Assembly (NCBI GenBank): GCA_963768305.1 | Contig: CAVYHE010000007.1 | Span: 125,485 to 189,484 of the forward strand | Direction of reading: 5' to 3' | DNA: 64,000 nucleotides | DNA from: an uncultured bacterium | Lineage (GTDB): Bacteria > Margulisbacteria > WOR-1 > CAVSGV01 | Part shown: in pieces, positions 51,517 through 62,074 of the stretch | Layout of the letters: each line of letters begins with the position of its first letter | How positions within the stretch are numbered: position 1 is the first letter of the stretch | Notes under the pieces: generated by a model | Told to the model about the DNA's origin: nothing | Databases searched by the model: none | Seen by the model: only the letters and a program-made list of their open reading frames with translations | Program-made: the position numbers and the translations under genes

Positions 51517-52611
51517 ATGCCGAAAGAACCTGTCAGGCCAGGCATAGGAAACATAAAGCCGTATATCCCCGGCAAGCCAGCCGAAGAAGTTGAAAGGGAA
51601 TTAAGGATCTCCGGGGTCATAAAGCTTGCCTCGAATGAGAACCCGCTCGGTCCGTCCCCAAAAGCTCTTGATGCGGTCCTGAAATATTCAAAAGACATTT
51701 CCCTTTACCCCGACCAGCAATGTTACGAACTTAACCGTCTCATCGCCGAAAAACTGAACATGCCGCCAGAAAATATAGCCATTGGCAACGGCTCGGACGA
51801 GCTGATGCTGCTTGCCGCCCTTGCCTATATTTCCGCCGGAGATGAGGTAATAATATCGTTAAATACTTTTTCGACCTATGAAATGGTCTCCATCCTCATG
51901 GATGCATCGATTGTCAGGGTCAACCTCAAGAATTTCACATTTGACCTGCCCGCCATGGCGAACGCCGCCGGCCCGAAAACCAAATTGATATTCGTCTGCA
52001 ATCCGAATAATCCGACAGGCACAATGAACACGCGAAAAGAAATGGATGAATTTGTATCAAAAGCACCTAAAGGCACGATAATAGTCATTGATGAGGCCTA
52101 CGCTGATTATGTTGAATCTCCTGATTTTCCTGATTCGCTCAAATATGTTAAAGAGAATAGGAATGTCATAGTCCTTAGGACGTTTTCAAAGATATACGGG
52201 ATGGCGGGCTTAAGGGTCGGATATGCGGTCTCCAGGCCTGACATCATAAAGCTAATGAACATTGTGAGGCTGCCTTTTTCGGTGAACCGCCTCGGGCAGA
52301 TAGCCGCCATTGCCGCCTTGTCAGATACCGGCCATATTGAAAAAAGCAGGAAAAATAATGTGGAAGGGAAAGCATATCTATACAAGGAGCTTGATAAGCT
52401 GGGGATTTCATATTTAAAGACCGAGGCGAATTTCATTTACATCGACCTGAAACGCGATGCTGACGAATTTTTCATGGACATGATGAGGCGCGGCGTCATA
52501 ATAAGACCTCTCTCCTCGTTCGGAATGCCTGGTTCCATAAGGGTTACGATAGGGACCCCCGAGCAGAACAAAAAATTCATCTCTGCCCTGTCCGAGATAA
52601 TGAATAGATGA
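51517..52611 (+). CDS. hisC: Histidinol-phosphate aminotransferase
   Basis: KLASNENP, NGSDE, CNPNNPTG and RTFSKIYGMAGLRVG. Confidence 0.95.
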   Translation: MPKEPVRPGIGNIKPYIPGKPAEEVERELRISGVIKLASNENPLGPSPKALDAVLKYSKDISLYPDQQCYELNRLIAEKLNMPPENIAIGNGSDELMLLAALAYISAGDEVIISLNTFSTYEMVSILMDASIVRVNLKNFTFDLPAMANAAGPKTKLIFVCNPNNPTGTMNTRKEMDEFVSKAPKGTIIVIDEAYADYVESPDFPDSLKYVKENRNVIVLRTFSKIYGMAGLRVGYAVSRPDIIKLMNIVRLPFSVNRLGQIAAIAALSDTGHIEKSRKNNVEGKAYLYKELDKLGISYLKTEANFIYIDLKRDADEFFMDMMRRGVIIRPLSSFGMPGSIRVTIGTPEQNKKFISALSEIMNR

Positions 52612-53672
52612 AGCGTACACCTCTTTACGAAGATCATGTGAAGCTCGGCGCGAAGATGGTCCCGTTCGCCGGCTGGGAAATGCCGTTGTATTATTCCAGC
52701 ATTATCGCCGAGCATAAATCGGTTCGCACATCCGCCGGCATTTTTGATATCGGACACATGGGCGCGGTCAAGGTTTCAGGCGGCAATGCGCTTCAATTCC
52801 TGCAGAAGATCTTATCCAATGACGCGTCAAAACTAGATGTCGGCTCGTCGCAATACTCGATAATCCTGAACACAACGGGCGGAGTGATCGATGATATTTT
52901 TGTTTACAGATTAGCCGATCACTATATGCTTATACTTAACGCGTCAAATACAGACAAGGATATTGCCTGGCTCAATAATAACAATTCCGAGCAGGTCAAG
53001 ATAGATGATCTCAAAGATAAACTGACTCTTCTTGCGCTTCAAGGTCCGAAATCTCAGGCAATTCTCCAAAAAATCTGCGATGCTGATCTCAATAAACTTG
53101 GTCACCACAAGATCGTCTCATCTCTCATCCTTCACATCCCAGCTCTAATTTCCAGGACCGGCTATACCGGCGAAGACGGATTTGAGCTTTTTCTTGATGT
53201 GCCAAACGTTAAGACAGTTTGGGAAGAACTTCTTAGGCAGGGCGCGGCTCCTTGCGGGCTTGCGGCAAGAGATACGCTTCGTCTAGAAGCCGGCATGCCG
53301 CTATACGGGCATGAATACAACGAAGGGATAACTCCTCTTGAGACCGGCTTTTCATTCGCGGTCAAATTCGACAAGGGCGATTTCACGGGAAAGAGCTCCC
53401 TTGAGATGCACAGGGAAGAGGGCCTTTCAAAAAAACTGGTCGGGATAAAACTTAAGAAAATGGGCATCCCCAGGCAGGGGTGCAAGCTCTTTAAAGGCGG
53501 GAAATTGGTGGGATATATCACCAGCGGAACGATGTCCCCTACCCTGAAAATACCTATAGGTATGGGTTATGTAAAGATAGAGCATTCAGATATCGGCTCC
53601 GCTATGGATTTGGAAATAAGAGGGAAAATGGTCCCGGCTGAGGTCGTTAAGCTGCCGTTCTATAAACGCTAA
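52608..53672 (+). CDS. gcvT: Glycine cleavage system T protein
   Basis: FAGWEMP, FDIGHMG, SRTGYTGEDGFE and RDTLRLEAG. Confidence 0.97.
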   Translation: MKRTPLYEDHVKLGAKMVPFAGWEMPLYYSSIIAEHKSVRTSAGIFDIGHMGAVKVSGGNALQFLQKILSNDASKLDVGSSQYSIILNTTGGVIDDIFVYRLADHYMLILNASNTDKDIAWLNNNNSEQVKIDDLKDKLTLLALQGPKSQAILQKICDADLNKLGHHKIVSSLILHIPALISRTGYTGEDGFELFLDVPNVKTVWEELLRQGAAPCGLAARDTLRLEAGMPLYGHEYNEGITPLETGFSFAVKFDKGDFTGKSSLEMHREEGLSKKLVGIKLKKMGIPRQGCKLFKGGKLVGYITSGTMSPTLKIPIGMGYVKIEHSDIGSAMDLEIRGKMVPAEVVKLPFYKR

Positions 53673-53676
53673 ACAT

Positions 53677-53705
53677 TTGACTTGAACATTTTCCAAGTGT
53701 AAAAT
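53677..53705 (+). promoter_or_regulatory. Sigma70 promoter upstream of the hypothetical gene and gcvH-gcvPA
   Basis: TTGACT-N17-TAAAAT. Confidence 0.65.
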
Positions 53706-53735
53706 GCTTTTAATCAATTAACAGGAGGTATCTAT

Positions 53736-54074
53736 ATGTCATTTGAAAGGAATGAAACGAAAAAAGTATATTATTATGTTATCTGCGCCATAACGCTTTT
53801 TATTTTAATGTGGGGGCTTGTGGATATGACAAGCGCGGTCCTAAGTGTTACTGTTTTCAAACCGGCCGGTGCGAGCCTCGAAGCTCCCGGCACTCCGCAA
53901 GCAGGCCCGGATGCGAAAGCAGCCGGAGGCGATCAGCCTTACTTTGATGAATATTATCAGGGAAGAATGGCTATGGACCGCATAGGAGACAGTTTGGCCA
54001 GGGTAATTATTGCCGGAGCTATTTTTCTTTACTCCAGCATGAAGATCAAAGGCATGGAAGGAAAAGAGATATAG
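53736..54074 (+). CDS. Small two-TM hypothetical membrane protein
   Basis: GGAGG RBS; two hydrophobic helices flanking a loop. Confidence 0.75.
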   Translation: MSFERNETKKVYYYVICAITLFILMWGLVDMTSAVLSVTVFKPAGASLEAPGTPQAGPDAKAAGGDQPYFDEYYQGRMAMDRIGDSLARVIIAGAIFLYSSMKIKGMEGKEI

Positions 54075-54075
54075 T

Positions 54076-54453
54076 TTGTACCCCGCGGACCTGAAATACA
54101 GCAAGGAACACGAATGGGTTAAGGCCGATGGTAACATCGCGACCATCGGCATAACGCATCACGCGCAGGACAGTCTAGGAGATATCGTTTATGTGGAGCT
54201 GCCAAAGGTCGGAACAAAATTTTCCGCAATGAAAGAATTTGGCGTAGTTGAATCAGTTAAGACAGTATCAACGCTTTATTGTCCCGTGTCCGGAGAAGTA
54301 ACGGAAGTTAACTCCTCCCTTTCCACACTGCCGGAAGCCATTAATGCCGATCCTTACGGCAAAGGCTGGATGATAAAGGTAAAAATGTCCGATCCGTCTG
54401 AGCTTAATAAACTTCTTTCCGCTTCAGAATATGAAAAGATCCTGAAAAAGTAG
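54076..54453 (+). CDS. gcvH: Glycine cleavage system H protein
   Basis: YSKEHEW, lipoyl-lysine motif VESVKT and DPYGKGW. Confidence 0.97.
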   Translation: MYPADLKYSKEHEWVKADGNIATIGITHHAQDSLGDIVYVELPKVGTKFSAMKEFGVVESVKTVSTLYCPVSGEVTEVNSSLSTLPEAINADPYGKGWMIKVKMSDPSELNKLLSASEYEKILKK

Positions 54454-54459
54454 TCCCCG

Positions 54460-55788
54460 ATGCGCTATATACCGAACACAAAAGCCGATCGCGACCAGAT
54501 GCTGTCCGATCTCGGAGCAAAGAATATCGATGAACTATTCAGGGTGATCCCTGCTAAAGTTAAAATCAATAATATCGGTGTTGTTCCACCAAAAGGCCTC
54601 TCTGAGATCGAGCTTAAAAGAACGCTTGAAGCTCTCGCCAATAAAAACACGAACACAAAAGAAAAGGTTTCCTTTCTCGGCGGCGGTTCTTACAACCACT
54701 TTATCCCGTCAACTGTTGGTCATATTATCGGAAGATCGGAATTTTACACTGCTTACACGCCGTATCAGCCGGAAATGAGCCAGGGGATGCTTCAGTCGAT
54801 ATTTGAATATCAGTCGCTGATATGCGACCTGACTGGAATGGACGCCTGCAACGCTTCGATGTATGACGGCGCGACCGCGATGGCGGAAGCTGCCTCGGCG
54901 GCCGCGCATTTCACCGGCAGAAAAGAAATTCTGGTTTCAAGGACAGTTAACCCCAATTATCGGCAAGTCCTGGCAACATACGCGGCTGGATCCGGCTTGA
55001 ATATCATTGAATTTGGATATGAAAGCTCTCTTGGGGTATCTGATTTTAGCGATGCTGAAAAAAAACTTTCTGATAAAACAGCCTGTTTGATAATATCGAG
55101 CCCTAATTTCTTAGGATGCATTGAAGATGTTGCGAAATTCTCAGAATTAGCCAAATCAAATGAAGCCCTGTCGATCGTGTCGATCGATCCGATATCGCTC
55201 GGGATATTAAAGCGTCCGGGCGAACTTGGAGTTGATATTGTGATCGGCGAGGGGCAATCGTTCGGCCTGCCTCAAAACTTTGGCGGGCCGTATCTCGGGA
55301 TCTTCGCAGTAAAAAAAGAATATCTGCGGCTGATGCCGGGCAGGATAGTCGGGGAAACCGTGGACGCGAAAGGACAGCGAGGTTATGTGCTGACGCTTCA
55401 GGCAAGGGAACAGCATATCCGGAGAGAAAAAGCTTTTTCCAACATCTGTTCGAATGAAGCCCTTTGCGCGCTTGCGGCAACAGTTTACCTGGCTTCAATG
55501 GGCAAGTCCGGCCTGAGAGAAGTTGCCGAGCAATGCCTTCAAAAAGCGAATTACGCGAAAAAAGAGCTTTCTAAACTGGTCGCTTTCAAAGTCCCGTCAT
55601 TCAAGGAGTTCGTGATTAAGACGTTGAAACCTGTTGATCAGATCAATAAAAAACTGCTTGAGAATAATATCATCGGCGGGCTCGATCTTGGAAGATTTTA
55701 TCCTGAACTGAAAGACCACATGCTTGTCGCCGTGACAGAACTCATCAGAAAAGAGGATATCGATGTTTTTTCGCGTCTGCTAGGGTGA
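54460..55788 (+). CDS. gcvPA: Glycine dehydrogenase subunit 1
   Basis: FYTAYTPYQPE, NASMYDGA and REQHIRREKA. Confidence 0.95.
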   Translation: MRYIPNTKADRDQMLSDLGAKNIDELFRVIPAKVKINNIGVVPPKGLSEIELKRTLEALANKNTNTKEKVSFLGGGSYNHFIPSTVGHIIGRSEFYTAYTPYQPEMSQGMLQSIFEYQSLICDLTGMDACNASMYDGATAMAEAASAAAHFTGRKEILVSRTVNPNYRQVLATYAAGSGLNIIEFGYESSLGVSDFSDAEKKLSDKTACLIISSPNFLGCIEDVAKFSELAKSNEALSIVSIDPISLGILKRPGELGVDIVIGEGQSFGLPQNFGGPYLGIFAVKKEYLRLMPGRIVGETVDAKGQRGYVLTLQAREQHIRREKAFSNICSNEALCALAATVYLASMGKSGLREVAEQCLQKANYAKKELSKLVAFKVPSFKEFVIKTLKPVDQINKKLLENNIIGGLDLGRFYPELKDHMLVAVTELIRKEDIDVFSRLLG

Positions 55789-56476
55789 TCTTTTTGTCGC
55801 CTGCCTCAGCCTTAATATGCTCAAAAACGGCATTCCACGGAATAGACGTTCTTTTTGATGCCCCCCGACTTATGGTCTCGATTATTATTGGCCATCCTTT
55901 TTTTGTGGCAAGTGCCATATCAGAAATCGGTTCGTGCCGGCTCAGGTTTCTGAAAGAAGATGTCATGGAGCCCCCGCTTATCAGAAGAAGCAAAAAGTTC
56001 TTCAGAAGCGGTAATTGAGCCAGGACCCTGGAGCCGTTCCTGATCCTTCCTATTTGCCATTTGTCCGTATCAAGCACCAGGGACTCCGAGTCAAATATGC
56101 TTTTGATTTTAGATGTATCTCTGTCCACCGCGTCATCTAAAATGATCTTTGTGCCTTTCAAGTCGCTGGAACGGATCATGTGCCTGACAAATTTCAGCAA
56201 TTTAGGGCTAGTATTTGCATCCCCTCCTGTCAGCGCGGCTGTTAATGGTCTATGTTGAGCACCCGTTTTTATGAGTTCTCCCGCGGCAGCGATCAGGGAT
56301 TCTTTTGTAATGGAGCCGTCGATGTGGGTCATAAGCGCAGCTCTGTTTGCCTCATCCCAAAGCGCCAGGCCAAGGCATGGGCCCAGGCCGTAGGTCTGCA
56401 GATAATGTGGCCTCCCGTCTTTTACAATGGTATATTCACCCTGCAGGACCGATAAGCAGTTCTCGGGTCTGGTCAT
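55745..56476 (-). CDS. CheD-like putative Cys/His deamidase; the true start may lie upstream, at the junction
   Basis: TYGLGPCLGLALWD...MTHID and LTGG resemble CheD LGSC...H and GG motifs; frame stays open upstream of 56476. Confidence 0.5.
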   Translation of the reverse strand: MTRPENCLSVLQGEYTIVKDGRPHYLQTYGLGPCLGLALWDEANRAALMTHIDGSITKESLIAAAGELIKTGAQHRPLTAALTGGDANTSPKLLKFVRHMIRSSDLKGTKIILDDAVDRDTSKIKSIFDSESLVLDTDKWQIGRIRNGSRVLAQLPLLKNFLLLLISGGSMTSSFRNLSRHEPISDMALATKKGWPIIIETISRGASKRTSIPWNAVFEHIKAEAGDKKITLADAKKHRYPLF

Positions 56477-56598
56477 GAATTGACGTAAAGCTCCCGTGCC
56501 TGCCCTTGGTCTGCCTACAAAAGTTACTCTTCTTGCGGCGCGGACAGCGATATTGACAATATCATTTGAGCGCGTTAACCTAACCGGGTCGCAAACTG

Positions 56599-56616
56599 CG
56601 CTCGCTTCGGGATGAC
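56599..56616. repeat. Truncated REP-like element of the high-GC segment
   Basis: cgctcgcttcgggatgac matches the end of the element at 60796-60844 (cgctcactcgggatgac). Confidence 0.55.
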
Positions 56617-56788
56617 ACGCGCTTTATTTTTTGGACGAAGTGTAGAGCGGAGCCGGATGTGTACCGCGGCGCACGGACTCCAAAACACATGACCTACAGA
56701 GCACATCCTCAACGCCCATAGAAATATTGCTTCTTGTCGGATGAGCGAATGCGCAGTTTGGGTGCCCACCTAAGGAAATGCGCGCGAA

Positions 56789-58011
56789 TCAGGAGTTCGC
56801 GGCGCGAAAGGCCACCACGGCGTTGAGTCCGCCGAAAGCGAAGGAATTGGAGAGAGCGGCTTCGACTGGCGAGCGGCGCGCGGCTCATTGGGGATGTAGT
56901 CAAGATCGCATTCGGGATCGCGCTCGTTGTAATTCGCGGTGGGCGGAAGAATGCCGTGCTTCAGCGCCAGAATGGTGGCGATGGCTTCGAGAGCTCCGGC
57001 CGCGCCAAGCGCGTGGCCGTGGAGAGATTTGGTGGAGCTAACGGCGATTTTGTCAGCATGAGCGCCGAACACTTCGCGGATGGCGCGGGTTTCGGTGGGA
57101 TCGTTCCCTGGCGTGCCGGTGCCGTGCGCGTTGATGTAGCCGATCTGTTCGGGCTGCAAACCCGCTTCGCGCAAAGCGGCGCGCATGGCGCGGGCCGGAC
57201 CCTCCACAGTGGGCTGGGTGAGGTGATGCGCGTCGGAGGTCATGCCGGAGCCGCAAATTTCGGCGTAGATTTTCGCGCCGCGAGCTTTAGCGGCTTCGAA
57301 TGGTTCGAGAATCATCATGGCGCCGCCCTCGCCAAGAATCATGCCGCGGCGATCCTTGCTGAAGGGGCGGCAAGTGTCGGGCGCGATCACGCGCATGGCC
57401 TCCCAAGCCTTCAGCAGACCGATGGTGAAAGGCGCTTCGCTGCCGCCGGTGACGGCCATTTCCGCATCGCCGTCGCGAACCAATCGAAAAGCCTGGCCGA
57501 TGGCGTGATTCGAAGAAGAACAAGCGGTTGAGACAGTGTAAGTAGGACCGCTCAAACGCAGGTCCATGGAAATCTGGCTGGCCCCGGCGTTGGCCATGGT
57601 TTTGGGAATGGTGAGCGGATGAACGCGTCCGCGCCCTGCGACGTAGAGATCCTCGAATCCCGTTTCGAGAGCAGCCTGGCCGCCGACGGCCGAACCGCAG
57701 ACGATGGCGCAAGCCTCGCGAAGTTCGGGAGTCAGCTCGATGTGCGAATCGCGCAGTGCCTCGCGCGCGGCGATAACGGAAAATTGGGCGAAGCGATCGA
57801 TATAAGCGTCCTTGCCGCCTTCAAAGTGCTGCAAGGGATCGTAACCGCGAACCTGCGCGCCATTTTGAAAACGGAGGGTGGAGCAGTCCACACCTTCGAT
57901 GGGTTTGATAGCGGGACGGCCTTCGCTCAACAATTTCCAGCTATCGGCCACGGTAAGGCCGAGCGGCGAAATCATGCCAATGCCGGTAACCGCGACGCGT
58001 CGCGGAGTCAT
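56789..58011 (-). CDS. NodE-like beta-ketoacyl-ACP synthase, with a 1-nt frameshift near 56870 at the C-terminus
   Basis: TACSSS, NAHGTGT and KSLHGH; terminal SNSFAFGGLNAV appears in a shifted frame ending at the TGA at 56789. Confidence 0.9.
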
Positions 58012-58100
58012 CTAGCGGCAACCCACGAGAAAAAGCAACTCCGAGGCCGAAGTCCACCGATTAAATTTTTCTGCGTATGAGGTTGGATCATCGAGAGGGT

Positions 58101-58382
58101 TCAGTTTGCCGGAGTGGGCGAGCCGAGCGACGTATCGGGAGGCGCAGCCGCCTGAATTTTCTTGATGCCATCGACGATGTCCTTCACGGTTTTGATGGAG
58201 CGCACGTCATCGTCGGGAATGGAAATGTTGAAAGCGTTTTCCAGCTCGAAGAGCAGCGTGAACACATCCAGCGAGTCGATGCCGAGGTCCTGGAGATTGG
58301 TGTCAACGGTGATTTTGTCGGCTGAAATTTTCTTGACGGAAGCGAGAGTGGAAATCACTTTGTCGGCCACAACGTCGGACAT
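58101..58382 (-). CDS. Acyl carrier protein (NodF-like)
   Basis: LGIDSLD motif; adjacent to the ketosynthase. Confidence 0.9.
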   Translation of the reverse strand: MSDVVADKVISTLASVKKISADKITVDTNLQDLGIDSLDVFTLLFELENAFNISIPDDDVRSIKTVKDIVDGIKKIQAAAPPDTSLGSPTPAN

Positions 58383-58733
58383 CAAAACAACCCCTTTCGG
58401 GCAAGCGTTCTAACCGGTGCAAAAACATTCGGCGAATCACGCCATACCCCTCCCGTAGATTTCCAACTCGCGAGCCGGCCGAGTTTGTTGTCCCGATAAA
58501 CAAATATTAGCAGGAGTACGGGCGAAGGGCGCGGCATTTTCCGGGCGCAACAGGACCGGCGAGTCCTGAGCCAAGGTACAGGCGCCAGTTGTAAGCCACC
58601 AGATTTCAATAGGATGTACAGGTAGGACACCTGTCCCACGTATGTACCGCCGTCCAGTAGTGCTGCACAAGCCCCACCGCCGACAATCGCACTGCACGAC
58701 ACCAAGAAAAGAAAGGTTTAAAGCATTTTCGCT

Positions 58734-59444
58734 ATGCCCGGACAGAAACAAACCCTTGGAATACGCAGCGCGGCCATGGTGCTCGCGATGATGGCAACCC
58801 TTATCGTGGCTGGATGCGGTGGAACCATGAAGCCGTCCAGCGACAGCAGCACCGGTTCGACGAACCCCTTTGGATTACCCACCGCAGCCGTGCTTTCGGT
58901 CAGCAACCAGAGCCTGAGCTTTGGCAACGTGACGGTGGGAACGGCGACCTCTCAATTGCTGAGTGTGACGAACACCGGCACAGACAACGTGAAAATTTCC
59001 GCGGTGCAAGTTTCCGGGCAGGGCTACAGCGTGAGCGGCGGCTCGAACGTGACGCTCACTCCCAACCAATCGGTGACCATCTCGGTGAACTTCGGGCCTT
59101 CCACTTCCGGCTATGCCGGCGGAACGCTGGCGATCACCAGCAACGCAACAAACCCGGTGGTGCAAGTAGGAGTTTCGGGCACAGGCATTACTGCGCAGCA
59201 ATCAGCTAACCATGGAGTGTCGCTCTCGTGGACGCCGTCGTCGTCCAATGTGATCGGATACTTCGTGTACCGGAGCGCCGTCTCGGGGGGTCCCTATACG
59301 AAGGTGAACGCGACGGTGGATAGCCAGCCGACTTTCGTGGATTCGGGGCTGGCCAGCGGCACCTACTATTACGTGGTTACCTCGGTGGATTCGAGCGGAA
59401 CCGAGAGCGGTTTCTCGAACGAAGTACAAGTCGTGGTTCCGTAA
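58734..59444 (+). CDS. Lipoprotein with an Ig-like (ASH/choice-of-anchor D) domain and an Fn3-like domain
   Basis: Lipobox VAGC; LSFGNVTVG..TNTG; YFVYRS...YYYVVTSVD...ESGFSNE. Confidence 0.8.
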   Translation: MPGQKQTLGIRSAAMVLAMMATLIVAGCGGTMKPSSDSSTGSTNPFGLPTAAVLSVSNQSLSFGNVTVGTATSQLLSVTNTGTDNVKISAVQVSGQGYSVSGGSNVTLTPNQSVTISVNFGPSTSGYAGGTLAITSNATNPVVQVGVSGTGITAQQSANHGVSLSWTPSSSNVIGYFVYRSAVSGGPYTKVNATVDSQPTFVDSGLASGTYYYVVTSVDSSGTESGFSNEVQVVVP

Positions 59445-59551
59445 GTTCCCGCAAAAAAATAGTTCCGGGATTGGAAACGCCTTCTGCATCGCAGAAGGCG
59501 TTTCGCTATACTGGCGGCATCGAGCGGAGAATTCCAATCCGGCTGCCGGGC

Positions 59552-60672
59552 GTGTTGCAATCGCAGATATCCACTAGAAAACTAAGCTGCGCAGTTGCGG
59601 CGGTGCTGCTGATTGTATTTCTGGCGGGATGGCGGGTGAGGGCGCAGGCACCGGCAACTTCGAGTTCTTCCACATCTTCGACATCATCTTCATCTTCGTC
59701 CTCATCCACATGGGCGGTGACAATCGTTTTGCCAGCGCGCGCAATTGCCGGACAACCGGCGATGTTGGCGGTGCTGGGAGCGGATGGACGGCTTGCATCG
59801 GGCGTGAACGTGGAGGTGGGGAAGCGGGCAGGTGACGACCGATGACACCGGCCGCGCCTTTTTTACGGTGCCGTCAACGGGGCAAATTCTGCTGGCGAAA
59901 GCTTCCGGGGCATCTGCCGTGGCGCTGATCGATGCGGCCGCAGCGGCGGGAGTTCCGCGGACACTATCAGCGCCGGAGGTTGCTTCGCTGCGCGAGCCAT
60001 TTTCGATTTGCGGGCCCGGATTCGGGCACGATGCGGAAGCAGTGCACGTGAGAATCAACGAAGAACCGGCGCTGGTGATGGCCGCGTCGCCGGAGTGCCT
60101 TACCATTTTGCCGAGCCGAAAAACAACGGCGGGGCCGGCGAGGATTGCGATCATGTCCACGGTAACGCCGGGAGAGCAATGGAAAGCGAGCACAACGCTG
60201 GTGGCGCTCGATCCGGAAATGCCAGGAGGAAATCCAGCTCCAGGACAAAAGGCGATACTGAAGGTGCGCGTGAGCAGGATCGGAAAAGCGGCTACGCGTG
60301 GCAATCGAAAACGAAGTTCCCGGAGTGTTGCGGTTTCCGGGAGGAGGGATGTGCAGGAAGCGCTGACGTGCGGCGGACCGGAAAATATCGCGACGGTGGA
60401 AGCGCAAGCCATTCGCTCCGGAGATTTTTCGTTTGCGGCAAAGCTGCTGCCGGCGCCGAACGAGGATCTGGCGCGCGCGTATCTGCAAGCCGCGGTTCCG
60501 CTGGCGGAGCAGCCCGCGCAGAAGAACCTGAACCGGCTGGTGAAAGAGCTGGAGCGGCATCCTCAAAACCTAAATGGCGTGAGGCGCGGCGGGATCGACG
60601 GAATATTGAGCACACACGATGGCCGGCGATTTTCGCACGGTGCTGGCGGCGGCGCGAATGGCGCTGGCGTAG
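59552..60672 (+). pseudogene. Exported hypothetical protein broken by several frameshifts
   Basis: Signal peptide and Ser-rich linker in 59471..59845, continued in 59832..60797; plausible end DFRTVLAAARMALA* at 60672. Confidence 0.5.
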
Positions 60673-60795
60673 CGCCTGCGCGTTCAGGATTGGCTGACTA
60701 CAAACTGTCTCATAGGTACTTCAACTTGCTGACCGGCAAGTTCCTTCACCTTTACGGCACCAGTGAAGCAGTGCCCTACCAGACATCAAAAGAGT

Positions 60796-60844
60796 AAGCA
60801 GATCCCTCGTCGCGAAGACCAACTCTTCGCTCACTCGGGATGAC
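60796..60844. repeat. REP-like intergenic element
   Basis: aagcagatccctcgtcgcgaag...cttcgctcactcgggatgac hairpin between convergent genes. Confidence 0.6.
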
Positions 60845-60890
60845 GCGTTCGTTCGGTTTGTGCCTAATTGCAGAGATTGCTGGATGACTT

Positions 60891-61978
60891 CTAGTTGGTG
60901 GCAGGCTCGAGAGCTTTCGGAGCGTTTTCCGGAAGAGCGCCCTGGGACATCTGTTCCAGGGAATTGCGCGTGCGCAGCAGCTGGGTGTCGGCTTCTTCGT
61001 AGCATTGCTGAGCGTGGCGGAGATGCGTCCCGATTTTTTCGTAGACCGCGGTGAAAGCCTCGAATTGTTTCTTCAGGCCTGCCATACCCGCAAGCAGGTG
61101 CCGGGTGTTTTCTTCAATCTTCTGGCCCTGGAGGCTGATGGCAACGGCGTTGAAACAGGCGTAAAACGTGTTCGGGGAAACCGGGAAAACACGCTTGTCG
61201 CGGCAATATTCGTCGAGCCGGCCGTATTTGGTGTCCTGGGTCATCAGAAGCTCGTAGTAAACCCCTTCCGAGGGCACGAACATGAGCGCGTAATCAAGGT
61301 ATGTTCGTCCGGGAGGATGTATTTTTCCGCGATAGAGTCGGCATGGCGGCGCACGGCGAGCGAAAAATCGCGCCGAGCATCGTCGCCGAATTCGATGAGC
61401 CGCCGATATGCTTCCAGCGGAAATTTCGAGTCGATGGACAGGATGCGTTCCCCGCTCCGCACGATGGCATCGACGATAGCCCCGGTGGAAGCGAATCGAT
61501 ATTGCGTGGAGTACGCACCCTGTGGAAGGGCATCCAGGAGCAACTTCTCGAGCGTCACCTCGCCAAGGGTTCCGCGCGTCTTTGCGCCACCCAGGACGGA
61601 TTGAAGCGTTTGCGTGGCTTTGGAGAGATCCTGGCTGGTTTGATGCACCTCGCCTATCTTCTGGCTCATCTGGAGCAGCACATCGGTGGAAGATTGCAGG
61701 CGCTGCGCCACGTCCCTCTGGGCGTCAGTGGCTAGCTGGCCGGTGGATGCAACTCCGCTCTGCAATTCCTGGCGCACCTGTCCCAATTGCTGCGTCATTG
61801 CCTGGACGAGATTGTTGATTTGCGCCGTCATGGACTGGCCTTGCGCGGCGAGCGAACTTTGCATTTCTTGCCGGACAGCCGACAGCTGCGCTTCCGAGCG
61901 CCGGCTGGCGGACCACGCAATCGCGCCCACAATCCCGGCTGCCAGAAGTCCTGCAACAAGCCATACAACAGGGTTCAT
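60891..61978 (-). pseudogene. rmuC: DNA recombination protein RmuC, frameshifted near 61295
   Basis: RGTLGE, IDSKFP and EKYI in 61244..61978; MFVPSEG and VSPNT in 60891..61283; one extra G restores HTLDYALMFVPSE. Confidence 0.88.
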
Positions 61979-62074
61979 CGAAACGAGGCCTCTCGGATCG
62001 CAAGTATTCCGCAGATTTCGTCAACGACTCTAACGCGAATGCAATGATGGGGGAAGAAATACGTTGCGAGCAAG

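Noticed and set aside
52560..54075. Glycine riboswitch for the gcv genes
   Set aside because: gcvT overlaps hisC and the other intergenic gaps are too short; no aptamer motif seen
56549..56563. Perfect 7-1-7 palindrome GATATTG-A-CAATATC as an operator or element end
   Set aside because: Single occurrence, probably inside the open CheD-like frame; no partner repeat or regulated gene identifiable
59660..59710. TCN-rich tandem repeat
   Set aside because: Encodes the Ser/Thr-rich linker after a signal peptide
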